Shown here: piece after piece, positions 19,251 through 28,978 of the stretch | How the letters are laid out: every line of letters begins with the position of its first letter | Position numbering within the stretch: position 1 is the stretch's first letter | DNA from: an uncultured virus (IMG/VR IMGVR_UViG_3300025098_000017) | Lineage: Duplodnaviria > Heunggongvirae > Uroviricota > Caudoviricetes > Kyanoviridae | IMG/VR virus record: IMGVR_UViG_3300025098_000017 | Strand: one strand, 5' to 3' | DNA length: 60,486 bases | Made by a program: the position numbers and the translations under genes | Notes under the pieces: model-generated | The model's database searches: none | Seen by the model: only the letters and a program-made list of their open reading frames with translations | What the model was told of the DNA's origin: nothing

Positions 19251-19693
19251 ATTCGGGTAAATTTGTAGAGTAATTCACTACCCCACATCATCTCTCCCTC
19301 AGAATTGTAACCTTGATCCATACTATGAAGTTTATCTCCATACAAATGAATTTCTGCTACAACTCTATAACCCCGAACACCAGTACATTCACTACCGCCA
19401 AGTTGACCGTGCCATGCATTGCCGTCGTATGTGAATATCATATCACATTTTCCTGCTCTTGTCCAGTTCAAATCATAGTTTTGAAAGTGAACTTCAGTCT
19501 CTGAAATTTTAATCGCTTTATGATATCTTTCCCTATACGGGTTATCTGGTCCATCAGATCTATAATAATTTTTGGAGTGATATCCATCGCCCATTTTTTC
19601 CCAAAGTATCTCGACTGTAGAATACTTAGTGGGTTGACTTTGTGCTTGATGCCTATTAGACCAATGACCTAGGATAAAGTCATCAATCTTCAT
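19241..19693 (-). CDS. cpeT: CpeT/CpcT-like phycobiliprotein lyase
   Basis: [13 protein letters not shown]...PYRER...CDMIF...SMDQGY...WGS. Confidence 0.85.
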   Translation of the reverse strand: MKIDDFILGHWSNRHQAQSQPTKYSTVEILWEKMGDGYHSKNYYRSDGPDNPYRERYHKAIKISETEVHFQNYDLNWTRAGKCDMIFTYDGNAWHGQLGGSECTGVRGYRVVAEIHLYGDKLHSMDQGYNSEGEMMWGSELLYKFTRMGE

Positions 19694-19910
19694 AGACTTT
19701 ACACTCAGGTTCGGATGGATTGGAATCGCAAAATAGTTCTAATGGGGAAGGGTCGTGATGATCACCTGCTTCAATCTCTGCCTTGTGATGCTGCACATAG
19801 TCTTCCAACTCATGCAATTCACCTTCAATGTGACGACGTTGATTAGGTGATGTTAGTGGGTTGTCAAGAATTTCCTTGTCAACTTTGATGTGCTTTTCGA
19901 TACTTTCCAT
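19683..19910 (-). CDS. cp12: CP12 Calvin-cycle inhibitor
   Basis: C-terminal [22 protein letters not shown]12 signature. Confidence 0.9.
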   Translation of the reverse strand: MESIEKHIKVDKEILDNPLTSPNQRRHIEGELHELEDYVQHHKAEIEAGDHHDPSPLELFCDSNPSEPECKVYED

Positions 19911-19938
19911 AATTGGTTATTAATCTTCATAATTTTAT

Positions 19939-21318
19939 TTATTGACGAATAGAATCCTTTAGTAGCATAAGTTCTGTTGTCATGTTATTTCCCAGAATTT
20001 TATGCGTCAACCCAGCTATTATATATCGTCCACTGTATTTTTTATCAATCTTTGTTTTATTTCCAGATTTGGCAGTGCTTGGTAATGTGATTTCAATACC
20101 ATGACCTGCATACAAGTCTAAATTGCCAGGAATACTAATTTGAAGTTTCAATGTTTTTAATGCTTCAATCCTCATCCATTGATATGCTTGAAGTTCAACT
20201 AATTGCTCATAGGTAGCACCTTTAGTATCAGTATCTTTTTGGTCAAATATCTGATTGGGCATGATACTATAGCGGACTCTTTTTGGATATTTTATCATTT
20301 CTTGAATGCCTGTATCCATTGCTTCAAGAGGATTTGCATTCTGACCTCCTTTGAGGTGAGACATCTTTGACCACATTTCAAAAATAGAATATCTATACGC
20401 ATCTCCTGATAAATCTGTACTTGCGCCCATTTTAGAAGTAGATACTGTAACAGGATCTAATCCAATGCTAAATCCTGACCATGCACCATGTCGCAATCCC
20501 ATCAAAAAGTTTCTCTCTTCAGGAAAAACAACAGTATCAATTTTGAATTGGTCGGCAGATTGATTAGAACTGGTTCTCTTGGGGATATATTCGTACCGAT
20601 ATAATCTTGGTTCTGCAGAATTATAGTTTGTTTTCTTTGATGGTGATTGAGAGTTTACATCATCAATCATTTTATCAATAGACTTATAATGAAATCCAAA
20701 TGCATTCTCAAAGAATACATATCCACTTTGTAATGAGTTTGCTGAATTACCCGCACGAATAGAACGATTACACATCCAATAAATGCAATCAAATGGTCTC
20801 CAGTTAGGAATTATATAATCATGTGCATTCAAAGTATCTTCAATAAAAATTTTCTTGTTTGTACCTAAGAATCTAGCACTTCTTAGTAATAACTTTAAAA
20901 CATTTGCTGCTTTAGTGTCTTTGTTAAAAAGTACCGTTGTATTACCAAATACATTAGTGATTTCATTTTTAATATACTCCTCAGATGCCATACTCACAAT
21001 ATAGACATCTGTGCTTTGACTCACTCTAGAACGAGATTCAATGTTATATGAGCGAAGATAATATGTGAAATTTGAAATTGATCCTTGAATCTGCAACTTA
21101 AAAATTTCAGAACCTGTCAAGGAACCAATCAATCCTGCAGAGTCATTAATAACTACTCTTGCTTCTAGAGTTGCAGATGTGATACTTTCAAATATCTCTA
21201 TAGCAGTAACAAATTCATTCAGGTCTTTACCACCATCAGCATTGGTGATATCTGCACCATCTCTGTTGATAACTAATTTATATTGTACTGATCCAGATTC
21301 AGACCTTGGTAATGCCAT
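19939..21318 (-). CDS. baseplate hub/tail protein (gp27-like)
   Basis: IEIFESI, IPNWRPFDCIYWM, YVFFEN..GFHYKSI, IPGNLDL.AG, SGRYII; position next to gp5. Confidence 0.55.
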   Translation of the reverse strand: MALPRSESGSVQYKLVINRDGADITNADGGKDLNEFVTAIEIFESITSATLEARVVINDSAGLIGSLTGSEIFKLQIQGSISNFTYYLRSYNIESRSRVSQSTDVYIVSMASEEYIKNEITNVFGNTTVLFNKDTKAANVLKLLLRSARFLGTNKKIFIEDTLNAHDYIIPNWRPFDCIYWMCNRSIRAGNSANSLQSGYVFFENAFGFHYKSIDKMIDDVNSQSPSKKTNYNSAEPRLYRYEYIPKRTSSNQSADQFKIDTVVFPEERNFLMGLRHGAWSGFSIGLDPVTVSTSKMGASTDLSGDAYRYSIFEMWSKMSHLKGGQNANPLEAMDTGIQEMIKYPKRVRYSIMPNQIFDQKDTDTKGATYEQLVELQAYQWMRIEALKTLKLQISIPGNLDLYAGHGIEITLPSTAKSGNKTKIDKKYSGRYIIAGLTHKILGNNMTTELMLLKDSIRQ

Positions 21319-24173
21319 TAGAGAATGCCCTTAAGTGGGTTGTTAAAAGAATTTAGTACTGCTGCAGTTGTTTTAAGAATTGCACCACCACCTCCACCTA
21401 CAAGAGCAGGGGAAGAATTTGTTGACTGTGCCTTTTGAATACTAGACTGGGTTGCCATCTGTGCTTGCTGAACTTGCTGCATTACAACTTGATTTTGACC
21501 AGTAGCAGCACCCATTATAGAAGATGCTAGTTGCCTAGAACTATTTAATACAGTTTGTTTTGCTGCGTTTCGCTCTTGAGTTGCTTTTTGTAAAGCAGAA
21601 GAATCTCTATAAGTTTCTCCACTAGTGCCATATACACCACTATATGGAGCATAGGATTCAGACTCTCTATTAAAAGGATTTGCGCCCCTACCTGTTAAAT
21701 CATCAAACAAGTTTCTTTTTGCTGCGCCTCCAGTCGCTGCAGCATCTCTAGTATCATGACCACTTGGAGTTGTTCCAGTACCAGTTTCAGATATTTTTCC
21801 AGATTGTGATCCAGTGAAACCAGGAATACCAGCAGCAGATTTACTTTTACTTCTTTGTTGTGCTCCACCACCAACAAACCAACCAAAGAAGTTATTTGGC
21901 ATGTTGCCTTTTCTTCTTACATCACCTTTATTGAAGTCAGGAACTTCATTGCCGCCCATAAAGTCAGTTCTACCACCAACAAACGACGCTGCTTTCTTTT
22001 GCAACCCTTTATTCTGCAATGCCTTAGCAACTCTTTTTACATAAGAGACTGGTTTCCCCATTGCTCTAGCAGCAGAATCAGCGTCTTTAATTGCGTGCCA
22101 TTCTGCATTTGGTTTTCCAGTAACACCTGCTTTAGGATATTTCCAGGTGGGTTCATATTGCATTCTTCCGAGAAGATATCCCGAAATACTTCCGTTGATT
22201 TGATTGAAATTGACTCCTGATGCTTTTCTATTGTAGACAGATTGAGCAACGTCTGCCCAACCTTGAGCATCATTATCTTCAGTACCAGCAACAGCAGCCA
22301 GGGTCCAGAAATCTTTACCCTTACCCATACCGCCACCACCACCGCCAGTATTTGCTGAAGACTCGCTAGGCGTCGTAGCAGCAGGGGGTGCTTGTGTTCC
22401 ACTACCCAAACCATCAAAGTCTGTCCTTCCGCCCGTCATGGCATCAACAGCACCCTGCAATTTACTAAAGAACCCTCTTTGAGGTCCTGGTCCCATTGCC
22501 CCATCATCATGATGATTCTTTGGTTTCGATCCAGATGGTCTATTACCACCAAGGATTCCCATTTGCTGCTTAATCATAGCGCGAATCTTAGGACCACCCG
22601 AAAGATGGGGTTCGCCAGCATAAAGTCTGGATAAATCCCAACGATAATGACTGCCGTTATTGCGGTTATACCAATTTGGATAATCTCTATATTCTTCAGC
22701 GTGTGTTCTTACTTTCTTATCCGTGATGTCTGACGGTTTCCATCCCCAATTCAAAGCAATGGAAGCAGATTCCTTTGCCATACCTTTGTACTGGTTTGGA
22801 GTAATTGCTTGAGAACCAAAACTAGAACCGTTTTCATTATTAGCAGTTGACATACCAGCAACACCAATTGCTGCAGACTGACTTTTATTTCTTCCGTAAG
22901 TATGGTGGGGTACACCAGTTGCACCATACTTTGCTCTACGAACAGGTTTTCCACTAGAAGGAATATAAGTGTGATATCCATATCCATTATTAAAGTTTGT
23001 ACCATCCCTATGTCCAGCACTCCAATGTAAGAAGATTTTCTTATTGGCATTATCTCCCTGAGTATTATCTTGTCTCTTCGTTGCGTCTAAGTATCCACCT
23101 TGAGAGAATCCAGGAAGTTTGTATCCACCTCTTTTTGCCTCACCAATTCTCTTGGATGTGAGACCAGACATTCTTTGTGTTGCTGGTGTATTGAAAGGAA
23201 CTACAAATGCTCCACCATCAGCTTTACGTGCAACATATTCCTTACCATGACCAATAAATGAAGTGCTTCTACCTCCATCTAATGATACTTTATATCCAGA
23301 CTGGGGACCATTAATCCACCCTCCTGCATGTGCTTTTTTTAATTTACCACCATTTGCTTTTTCTTCTGGTTTATCTTCATTTAAAGATTGATATCCCTGA
23401 TAAGCACCATATGCTAAACCCGCACCCGCTGCTAGTCTTAAACCAGCACCAAGTCGTCCGCCACGTCTTCTTCCCCCTCCTTTTCCTCCCCTACCTGTAG
23501 CAAATCTAATCAAAGTAGAGATTGCTCTACCAATATCAGTAACAATTTTTAATGGATTAGCAAGATAACGTGCTCCTAGTAAGAGTGATCCAACACCAAC
23601 TAATAACTTACCTACCGATAAAGTTTTTTCCCACCAACTAGTATCATCTGATAATAATGTGTATAGAGAATCAATGGTAGTTGTTATACCAAATTTTGCC
23701 CAATCAAATATAAACTGCCCAATCTTAGCAATAACACCGATAACATTCTTAACTGTCTCTCTATTCTTAGGATTAGATAACCATTTTAATGCCTTAGTAC
23801 CAACATAAAATTTAAATAATCCGCCAAGCATCCCTAAGATACTTTCAAAAAATCCTTTTGCTTTACCAGCAATAATAGAACCAAAGAAACTCTTTTTCCT
23901 CTTTGTTCCTTTTTCGTCAGCAAAGTTTGACTTGAAGCTAGATCTGTTCTCCTTCTGTTCCCTCTCAAGGTCAATTATAGCAACTTTTTTGAGGTCTGTC
24001 AAGACCTTCCCAAGACTGTTAAGGGTTCCCCCTAGATTATTAATTGCTTTTGTGTTAGAATTAAGTACTGACGCTACTTCAACACTTTCCGCCGAGGCAG
24101 AAGAAGAGACTTCTTTTACCTGGACAAACTTATAAAAATTTATTTTACTGCTTTTGTTTACTGCCGTTGCCAT
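21318..24173 (-). CDS. tail/baseplate-associated peptidoglycan hydrolase (amidase-like plus SleB-like domains)
   Basis: KIFLHWSAG...YHTYI...HHTYGRN...THAE (amidase-2-like); LAAVAGTE...ADVAQSVYNR...QYEP (cell-wall-hydrolase-like). Confidence 0.6.
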   Translation of the reverse strand: MATAVNKSSKINFYKFVQVKEVSSSASAESVEVASVLNSNTKAINNLGGTLNSLGKVLTDLKKVAIIDLEREQKENRSSFKSNFADEKGTKRKKSFFGSIIAGKAKGFFESILGMLGGLFKFYVGTKALKWLSNPKNRETVKNVIGVIAKIGQFIFDWAKFGITTTIDSLYTLLSDDTSWWEKTLSVGKLLVGVGSLLLGARYLANPLKIVTDIGRAISTLIRFATGRGGKGGGRRRGGRLGAGLRLAAGAGLAYGAYQGYQSLNEDKPEEKANGGKLKKAHAGGWINGPQSGYKVSLDGGRSTSFIGHGKEYVARKADGGAFVVPFNTPATQRMSGLTSKRIGEAKRGGYKLPGFSQGGYLDATKRQDNTQGDNANKKIFLHWSAGHRDGTNFNNGYGYHTYIPSSGKPVRRAKYGATGVPHHTYGRNKSQSAAIGVAGMSTANNENGSSFGSQAITPNQYKGMAKESASIALNWGWKPSDITDKKVRTHAEEYRDYPNWYNRNNGSHYRWDLSRLYAGEPHLSGGPKIRAMIKQQMGILGGNRPSGSKPKNHHDDGAMGPGPQRGFFSKLQGAVDAMTGGRTDFDGLGSGTQAPPAATTPSESSANTGGGGGGMGKGKDFWTLAAVAGTEDNDAQGWADVAQSVYNRKASGVNFNQINGSISGYLLGRMQYEPTWKYPKAGVTGKPNAEWHAIKDADSAARAMGKPVSYVKRVAKALQNKGLQKKAASFVGGRTDFMGGNEVPDFNKGDVRRKGNMPNNFFGWFVGGGAQQRSKSKSAAGIPGFTGSQSGKISETGTGTTPSGHDTRDAAATGGAAKRNLFDDLTGRGANPFNRESESYAPYSGVYGTSGETYRDSSALQKATQERNAAKQTVLNSSRQLASSIMGAATGQNQVVMQQVQQAQMATQSSIQKAQSTNSSPALVGGGGGAILKTTAAVLNSFNNPLKGIL

Positions 24174-26752
24174 TATTGCATCCTGGTTGTCAGACTAGAA
24201 GGTCCACCACTTACGGCACCACCACCTGTATTTATGGGCACAGCTTGCAGAATAGGTTGTAACTTTTCAACAATGACGGGAAGTGGTATGAATTCTACTA
24301 CTTCTTCAAGTATTAGTTTTTCTGATAACCCACCAGGAGAAAATGTTGATTTAGCTGCACTCTTAGAAGCACCAATAACTTTAGGATCAATTCCTAATGC
24401 TCCTGCAGTTTCTGATAGTCCGCCGATATAATCTCCGCTCATAAACGAGTTCATGAGTCCATCTAATCCAAATTGCATCGCAGCAGAATCTAATATACTC
24501 ATGGGATTCATTCCACCCTTGAGTAACGACCCCGCAAGTTGCCCAATGGCAGGGTTAATCATTGATAACCCTGTACTTAATGCCTGGTCATAACTACCAG
24601 ACATCACATTAGTCAACATACTGCCTATAGCACTATTGCCCATGAAGTTACCAACAGCATTGCTAAAACCAGGTAAGAAGGACGTTGCAGCGCCCATGAG
24701 ACCTTGAATTGGATTTCCTGAAGCAAGTCCTGTAATTGCATTTACGCCTGCCATGATGGGTGCTGCACCAGGAATAAACGATGCAGCAGTCTTTACAACA
24801 TTACCAATAGGGGAGTTCACAACTCCACTTACTGCCTTGCCGACACTGCCAATTGCATTACCAACGCTCTTGACAACACCACCTAAGAACAGTTCTTGTT
24901 CTGGTTCAGTAGCTTTAACATTTTCAGTATTATTATTACCTGTAATCATGTTGATAATTTCGCCAATATTAGGCAATTTACTCAACACACTATCAATTTG
25001 GGTTTTAAATCCAGATAGTCCCAATCCTTCTACTACCTTGTTTTCACCCTCTTGTAGTTGAGGAACAAAGTCACGGATAAACATATATCCGTCAAGAACC
25101 ATTGACGCTACATTACCAGCACCTGCTGAAGCAAGACCAGCAATATCTAAGATACCAGAAGTACCTTCAATCAATGCACCAATAGAGTCTCCGTTTGCTG
25201 CTCTATCATAAGCAAACCCAAGGTTTACAAGTCCACCAATAACAGGAAGAACTGCAGCTGCTCTTTTCCCTAACTTACCTCCTGCCGTTGCAACATCAGC
25301 AAAACTACCGATACCCTTCTTCTTAAGAATCTCGGCACCCTTCTTCATGCCAGGGATCTTCATTAAATTTGTAATTAATGAATCACCTACTAGTTTTGCT
25401 TTTGCTGCAATCGGGTCTAAGATAGGTCTTAATGGATTCAGTACCTTTTCAAAAAATAAGTTTTTGGCACCTTGTGCCATATTGCTTAAAAATTTCTTTC
25501 CTCCATCAGCAACCCAATCTCCTGCTGCCTTAAACTTATCTCCTGCTGCACGAGCATATTGTTTTCCCTTTGCACCTATTACTTCGCCTGCTTTGACTGT
25601 AGTTTCCCATGCTTTACGCCCTGCTGCAGAAAGATTCTTATATTGATTTTTTGCCCACTCTGGAGCATTCATCAATCCAGTTTTAAGCCAATCAAAAGAT
25701 CTTACTGCTTGAGTTTTAATTTTAGTACCAAGATTGCCAAAAAAGTTTCCAGCTCTTTGTAATCTAGTTGGTTTTGGTGGTTCAATAGGTTTAAAGAAAC
25801 CCTTCCCTAATAACCTATTAAATGCTTTTGTTGCCTCAGTGATATTACCACCACTGTTATTTAAAGCATTAGCAAATGCTTTTGCAGCCTCATCTCCACG
25901 CTCTGCAAGAATCTTTTTATATTGTTTTTGTGCAAGGTCACCATACCGATCAGCAATAGTAGATGCCCTTACTCTACCATTAGGACCATCTATATCAGGG
26001 TCTGCGCCACTAGGGTTCGTTGCTGTAGGTTTTGGCGGTTTTCTTGGTTTATCTGGTCTAGGTCTGTCGGGTCTTACATCTGCAAGGTCTTCACCCGCCT
26101 GAAATAAATCTCTCGCTGCAAATGCAGCACCTAAGATGCCTGTTATCCCTGTAATCGCAGCAATAATCTTGCCGAAAGCGTTTAGTCTCTCTCCAATAGT
26201 GCTCTCTTTACCGAAGATGGCATCCATTCCATCTGATAAAGTTTGAGTTATATTACCAGCAAATTCTGATAATTTATTGAAAACAAATCCAACCTTATCT
26301 AAAAATACTGCTACCTTTTCTCTATTTTCTGTATCGCCTAGGTATTCTAATAATTTACTGGTAAGAGCAAATGTACCAAAATCTAGAAGAATTTTACCTA
26401 AAGGTCCAATAAATTCTTCTAACCAACTAATACTGCCTTTCCCAACCTTTAATTTCTTTTTGTCTGCATTACGATCTTTCTTTTGCAGTAACTTATTAGT
26501 TTCTTCGTTTTCTTCTGCTTCCCTATCTTTCTTTAATCTTTCTTGTCTGCGCTCTAACTGAGAAGATTTTAATCTTGTTTTCTCACGAAGAGTAGCAATA
26601 GAAGAAAGACCAGCAACGGTATTTGCCAAACTTTCAACAGTCACACCAATCCTATTGATAGCAAGAGTTGAATTTCTTGCTGCAATTGTAGATGGATTTT
26701 TACTAGATGTAAATCCAGGATTTACAAACTTATATGGTGTTATGTTAGCCAC
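24173..26752 (-). CDS. tape-measure/baseplate-hub (gp29-like) protein
   Basis: 859 aa, amphipathic helical Ala/Gly-rich composition; follows gp26/gp51; GTG start. Confidence 0.5.
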   Translation of the reverse strand: MANITPYKFVNPGFTSSKNPSTIAARNSTLAINRIGVTVESLANTVAGLSSIATLREKTRLKSSQLERRQERLKKDREAEENEETNKLLQKKDRNADKKKLKVGKGSISWLEEFIGPLGKILLDFGTFALTSKLLEYLGDTENREKVAVFLDKVGFVFNKLSEFAGNITQTLSDGMDAIFGKESTIGERLNAFGKIIAAITGITGILGAAFAARDLFQAGEDLADVRPDRPRPDKPRKPPKPTATNPSGADPDIDGPNGRVRASTIADRYGDLAQKQYKKILAERGDEAAKAFANALNNSGGNITEATKAFNRLLGKGFFKPIEPPKPTRLQRAGNFFGNLGTKIKTQAVRSFDWLKTGLMNAPEWAKNQYKNLSAAGRKAWETTVKAGEVIGAKGKQYARAAGDKFKAAGDWVADGGKKFLSNMAQGAKNLFFEKVLNPLRPILDPIAAKAKLVGDSLITNLMKIPGMKKGAEILKKKGIGSFADVATAGGKLGKRAAAVLPVIGGLVNLGFAYDRAANGDSIGALIEGTSGILDIAGLASAGAGNVASMVLDGYMFIRDFVPQLQEGENKVVEGLGLSGFKTQIDSVLSKLPNIGEIINMITGNNNTENVKATEPEQELFLGGVVKSVGNAIGSVGKAVSGVVNSPIGNVVKTAASFIPGAAPIMAGVNAITGLASGNPIQGLMGAATSFLPGFSNAVGNFMGNSAIGSMLTNVMSGSYDQALSTGLSMINPAIGQLAGSLLKGGMNPMSILDSAAMQFGLDGLMNSFMSGDYIGGLSETAGALGIDPKVIGASKSAAKSTFSPGGLSEKLILEEVVEFIPLPVIVEKLQPILQAVPINTGGGAVSGGPSSLTTRMQ

Positions 26753-26939
26753 TTGCTGCTTGCTGCTCCTTCATACGTTTTTCTTCTTCTTTTAGGAATT
26801 GGATTAGCATATTGACGTAGATTTCCTTTTCCCAAGGCATTAGGTTGTCAATGTGTTCTATATTCCATTTATGATGATGCATTAATGAAAAATTGCCTTC
26901 ATAATAAGAGCGAAGATTTGTATGGAGGAGTGCTATCCG
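26745..26939 (-). CDS. gp51: baseplate hub assembly protein gp51 frame (first in-frame ATG at 26882; possibly expressed by -1 frameshift from gp26)
   Basis: RIALLHTNLRSYYEGNFSLMHHHKWNIEHIDNLMPWEKEIYVNMLIQFLKEEE matches the gp51 pattern (YY..NF.LM.HH.W....I..M.PWE.EIY). Confidence 0.8.
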   Translation of the reverse strand, partial: RIALLHTNLRSYYEGNFSLMHHHKWNIEHIDNLMPWEKEIYVNMLIQFLKEEEKRMKEQQAASG

Positions 26940-27646
26940 AAAAAAGATGCCAGACCTTCTAGAACAATTTCGTTTTCTACCCCAGTATTGGGATTAGTCA
27001 CTTTAAGTGTATGTGACAACTTGGGCATGGTTTCAAAAAATTCTTGAATCATACCGAATTGCTTACTGTTCAATTCTTCAAACCATTCTATAAGTTCTTT
27101 TTTAGAGACATCTGCACAGTCATAGACTTGAGCAGGATCCGAAATTGTTTTTACACAACTCGCTGCCATTTCAAAGACTTGTTCAATTTGATTAGTATCA
27201 TCATCAGAAAAATTCATCTTAACGAACATTTCTAGGGAAGGATATCCCATACTGACGATAATTTCATCACTAAGTTTCAACTCATTTTTATGAGTTTTAT
27301 CTGTTTTGACGGTGATTTCGTCTAAAGGAATTTCAACATCAACTTCAGTCTCATTATCATCTGGCATTGTAAGACTAATATTCACAGTCTCGCCAACAGA
27401 TTTTGTGCGAATTTGCAAAAACAGATATTCAATATCAAATGTTGAGAGATTTTTTACATCCTTAACATCAGTACAATCAGAAACAATTTTTGTAATCGCA
27501 TCTACCAGTTGTTCGGTTTCACCTGTCTGAGTAGCAAGAAGAAGTAATTTTTCTTCTCTAACTAGAAATGGTCTAAAATTCACTACTTTGCCCGTTGAAG
27601 GCAATTTCAATTTGTACTTAGGTACATTAATCTTAGGTAATGCCAT
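26933..27646 (-). CDS. gp26: baseplate hub subunit/chaperone gp26
   Basis: MALPKI..P.Y.L.LPSTGK.V.FRPFLVREEK.LL; FDIEYLFLQIR.KSVGE; LEGLASFF. Confidence 0.9.
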   Translation of the reverse strand: MALPKINVPKYKLKLPSTGKVVNFRPFLVREEKLLLLATQTGETEQLVDAITKIVSDCTDVKDVKNLSTFDIEYLFLQIRTKSVGETVNISLTMPDDNETEVDVEIPLDEITVKTDKTHKNELKLSDEIIVSMGYPSLEMFVKMNFSDDDTNQIEQVFEMAASCVKTISDPAQVYDCADVSKKELIEWFEELNSKQFGMIQEFFETMPKLSHTLKVTNPNTGVENEIVLEGLASFFG

Positions 27647-27678
27647 AAAAATTCAATTCAGTAATTTTATTTATCAAA

Positions 27679-28521
27679 CTATCCAACATTGCCAGTTGAT
27701 GAGATTAGATCCTGGTAGCTATTGAATAATTTACTAAATTGAAAATTGACTAATGGATCAGTACCAGGTTGTGTTAAGTTATCGAGTCGGATTCGGGAGG
27801 GGTCAATAGTCTCAGGAAATACAAGGTCATCAGATTGATAGAATCTATACCTTTCATAATAAAACTGAACTGTCATACTTACAGTTTTTGCTGTAGCATT
27901 GTCTAACTGTATAGAACCGATGTTATATGGAAATACATTACGCAGTTCATATGCTGTAGACAACGAATTCAACCGAGGAGCTGATATTTGCGATGCGTCC
28001 AGTCCACTGTCTCTTACTGCCTTTCTAAATTGAGGTTTACTAACAGCGACATCACCACCACCTCTTTCCCACTTGTAAATTCTTAATGTATTACAAACGT
28101 AATTATTATAATAATCAGTATATTGACTGGCATCATTTGCCATCATAGAAATCCATTTTTCAAAAAATGCTCTCGTCTCTCCAGAACGTGGAACTTTGAA
28201 CGTAATACTAATTTGACTAAATGTAGAACCAGTCGCATATCTAATTGCAGAACCTAACTGATTATATGTTCCCGTTGTAACTTGCTTGCTAGGTAGATTT
28301 ACACTTTCTGCGTAATAATTTAATAATGTCCTTAAAACTTCTCGTTGGGGTTCGTACTTAGTCGTATTCATTCCATAAGCACCATTCTGCAACATTGGAG
28401 GAGTGCTAAAATGTACCGAAAAAAGATTGGAGTATGAAGGGGCGTTTGGTTCCGCCTTAAAAAATCCAATAAATTCTTGTAATGAATTATATTGTGCTTG
28501 CTCTTTATTTGGAATTGCCAT
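27679..28521 (-). CDS. tail-tube initiator-like protein (gp54/gp19 family)
   Basis: AESVNLP, ITF.V, R.FFEKW, Y.L.NVFP.NIGSIQL, VQF.Y tail-tube-fold pattern. Confidence 0.6.
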   Translation of the reverse strand: MAIPNKEQAQYNSLQEFIGFFKAEPNAPSYSNLFSVHFSTPPMLQNGAYGMNTTKYEPQREVLRTLLNYYAESVNLPSKQVTTGTYNQLGSAIRYATGSTFSQISITFKVPRSGETRAFFEKWISMMANDASQYTDYYNNYVCNTLRIYKWERGGGDVAVSKPQFRKAVRDSGLDASQISAPRLNSLSTAYELRNVFPYNIGSIQLDNATAKTVSMTVQFYYERYRFYQSDDLVFPETIDPSRIRLDNLTQPGTDPLVNFQFSKLFNSYQDLISSTGNVG

Positions 28522-28940
28522 TACACTTTAAGTTCTTTTTCAGTAATTAACATAAACTCCCAACCTTGGTCCATACAAAATTCGGTTGCTGCTTTCCATT
28601 TTGCCTGATTAACAGCATACGTCACTACTTCATTTATATATCGTTTTGTGTGTCTTTTTTGATTTTTGGGTTCTTTAGTTTGTTTGTAGGGTTTTACTTC
28701 AACCAGATATTTTTTGTTATTGATTTTAACATAAAAATCTGGAAAATATCTATGCCGTCTACCATCAACTGGTGAAACGTAAGGAATAATAATTTCTTCA
28801 CTTCCCCACTCTTGAACAGATGTGGTAATATCACACCATTTCATAAATTTATACTCCCAAGAGGAGCGATAAATCACATTAGAGAAATCGCCCTTATACT
28901 TCCCAGGAAAAGAAGGTCTGTACTTTCCTTGATATCGCAT
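28521..28940 (-). CDS. gp4: head completion protein gp4 (TnsA-like endonuclease fold)
   Basis: KYKGD..N.IYRSSWE.KFM.WCD...WGSEE..IPY.SP.D...HRYFPDF. Confidence 0.9.
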   Translation of the reverse strand: MRYQGKYRPSFPGKYKGDFSNVIYRSSWEYKFMKWCDITTSVQEWGSEEIIIPYVSPVDGRRHRYFPDFYVKINNKKYLVEVKPYKQTKEPKNQKRHTKRYINEVVTYAVNQAKWKAATEFCMDQGWEFMLITEKELKV

Positions 28941-28969
28941 AAATACATAGAGGTCACATAATATTTAGG
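28938..28969. promoter_or_regulatory. pair of opposed late promoters (+ CATAAATA 28938-28945; - CCTAAATA 28962-28969)
   Basis: Both motifs lie at the short divergent gap between gp4 and gp48. Confidence 0.6.
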
Positions 28970-28978
28970 TAGTATCTT

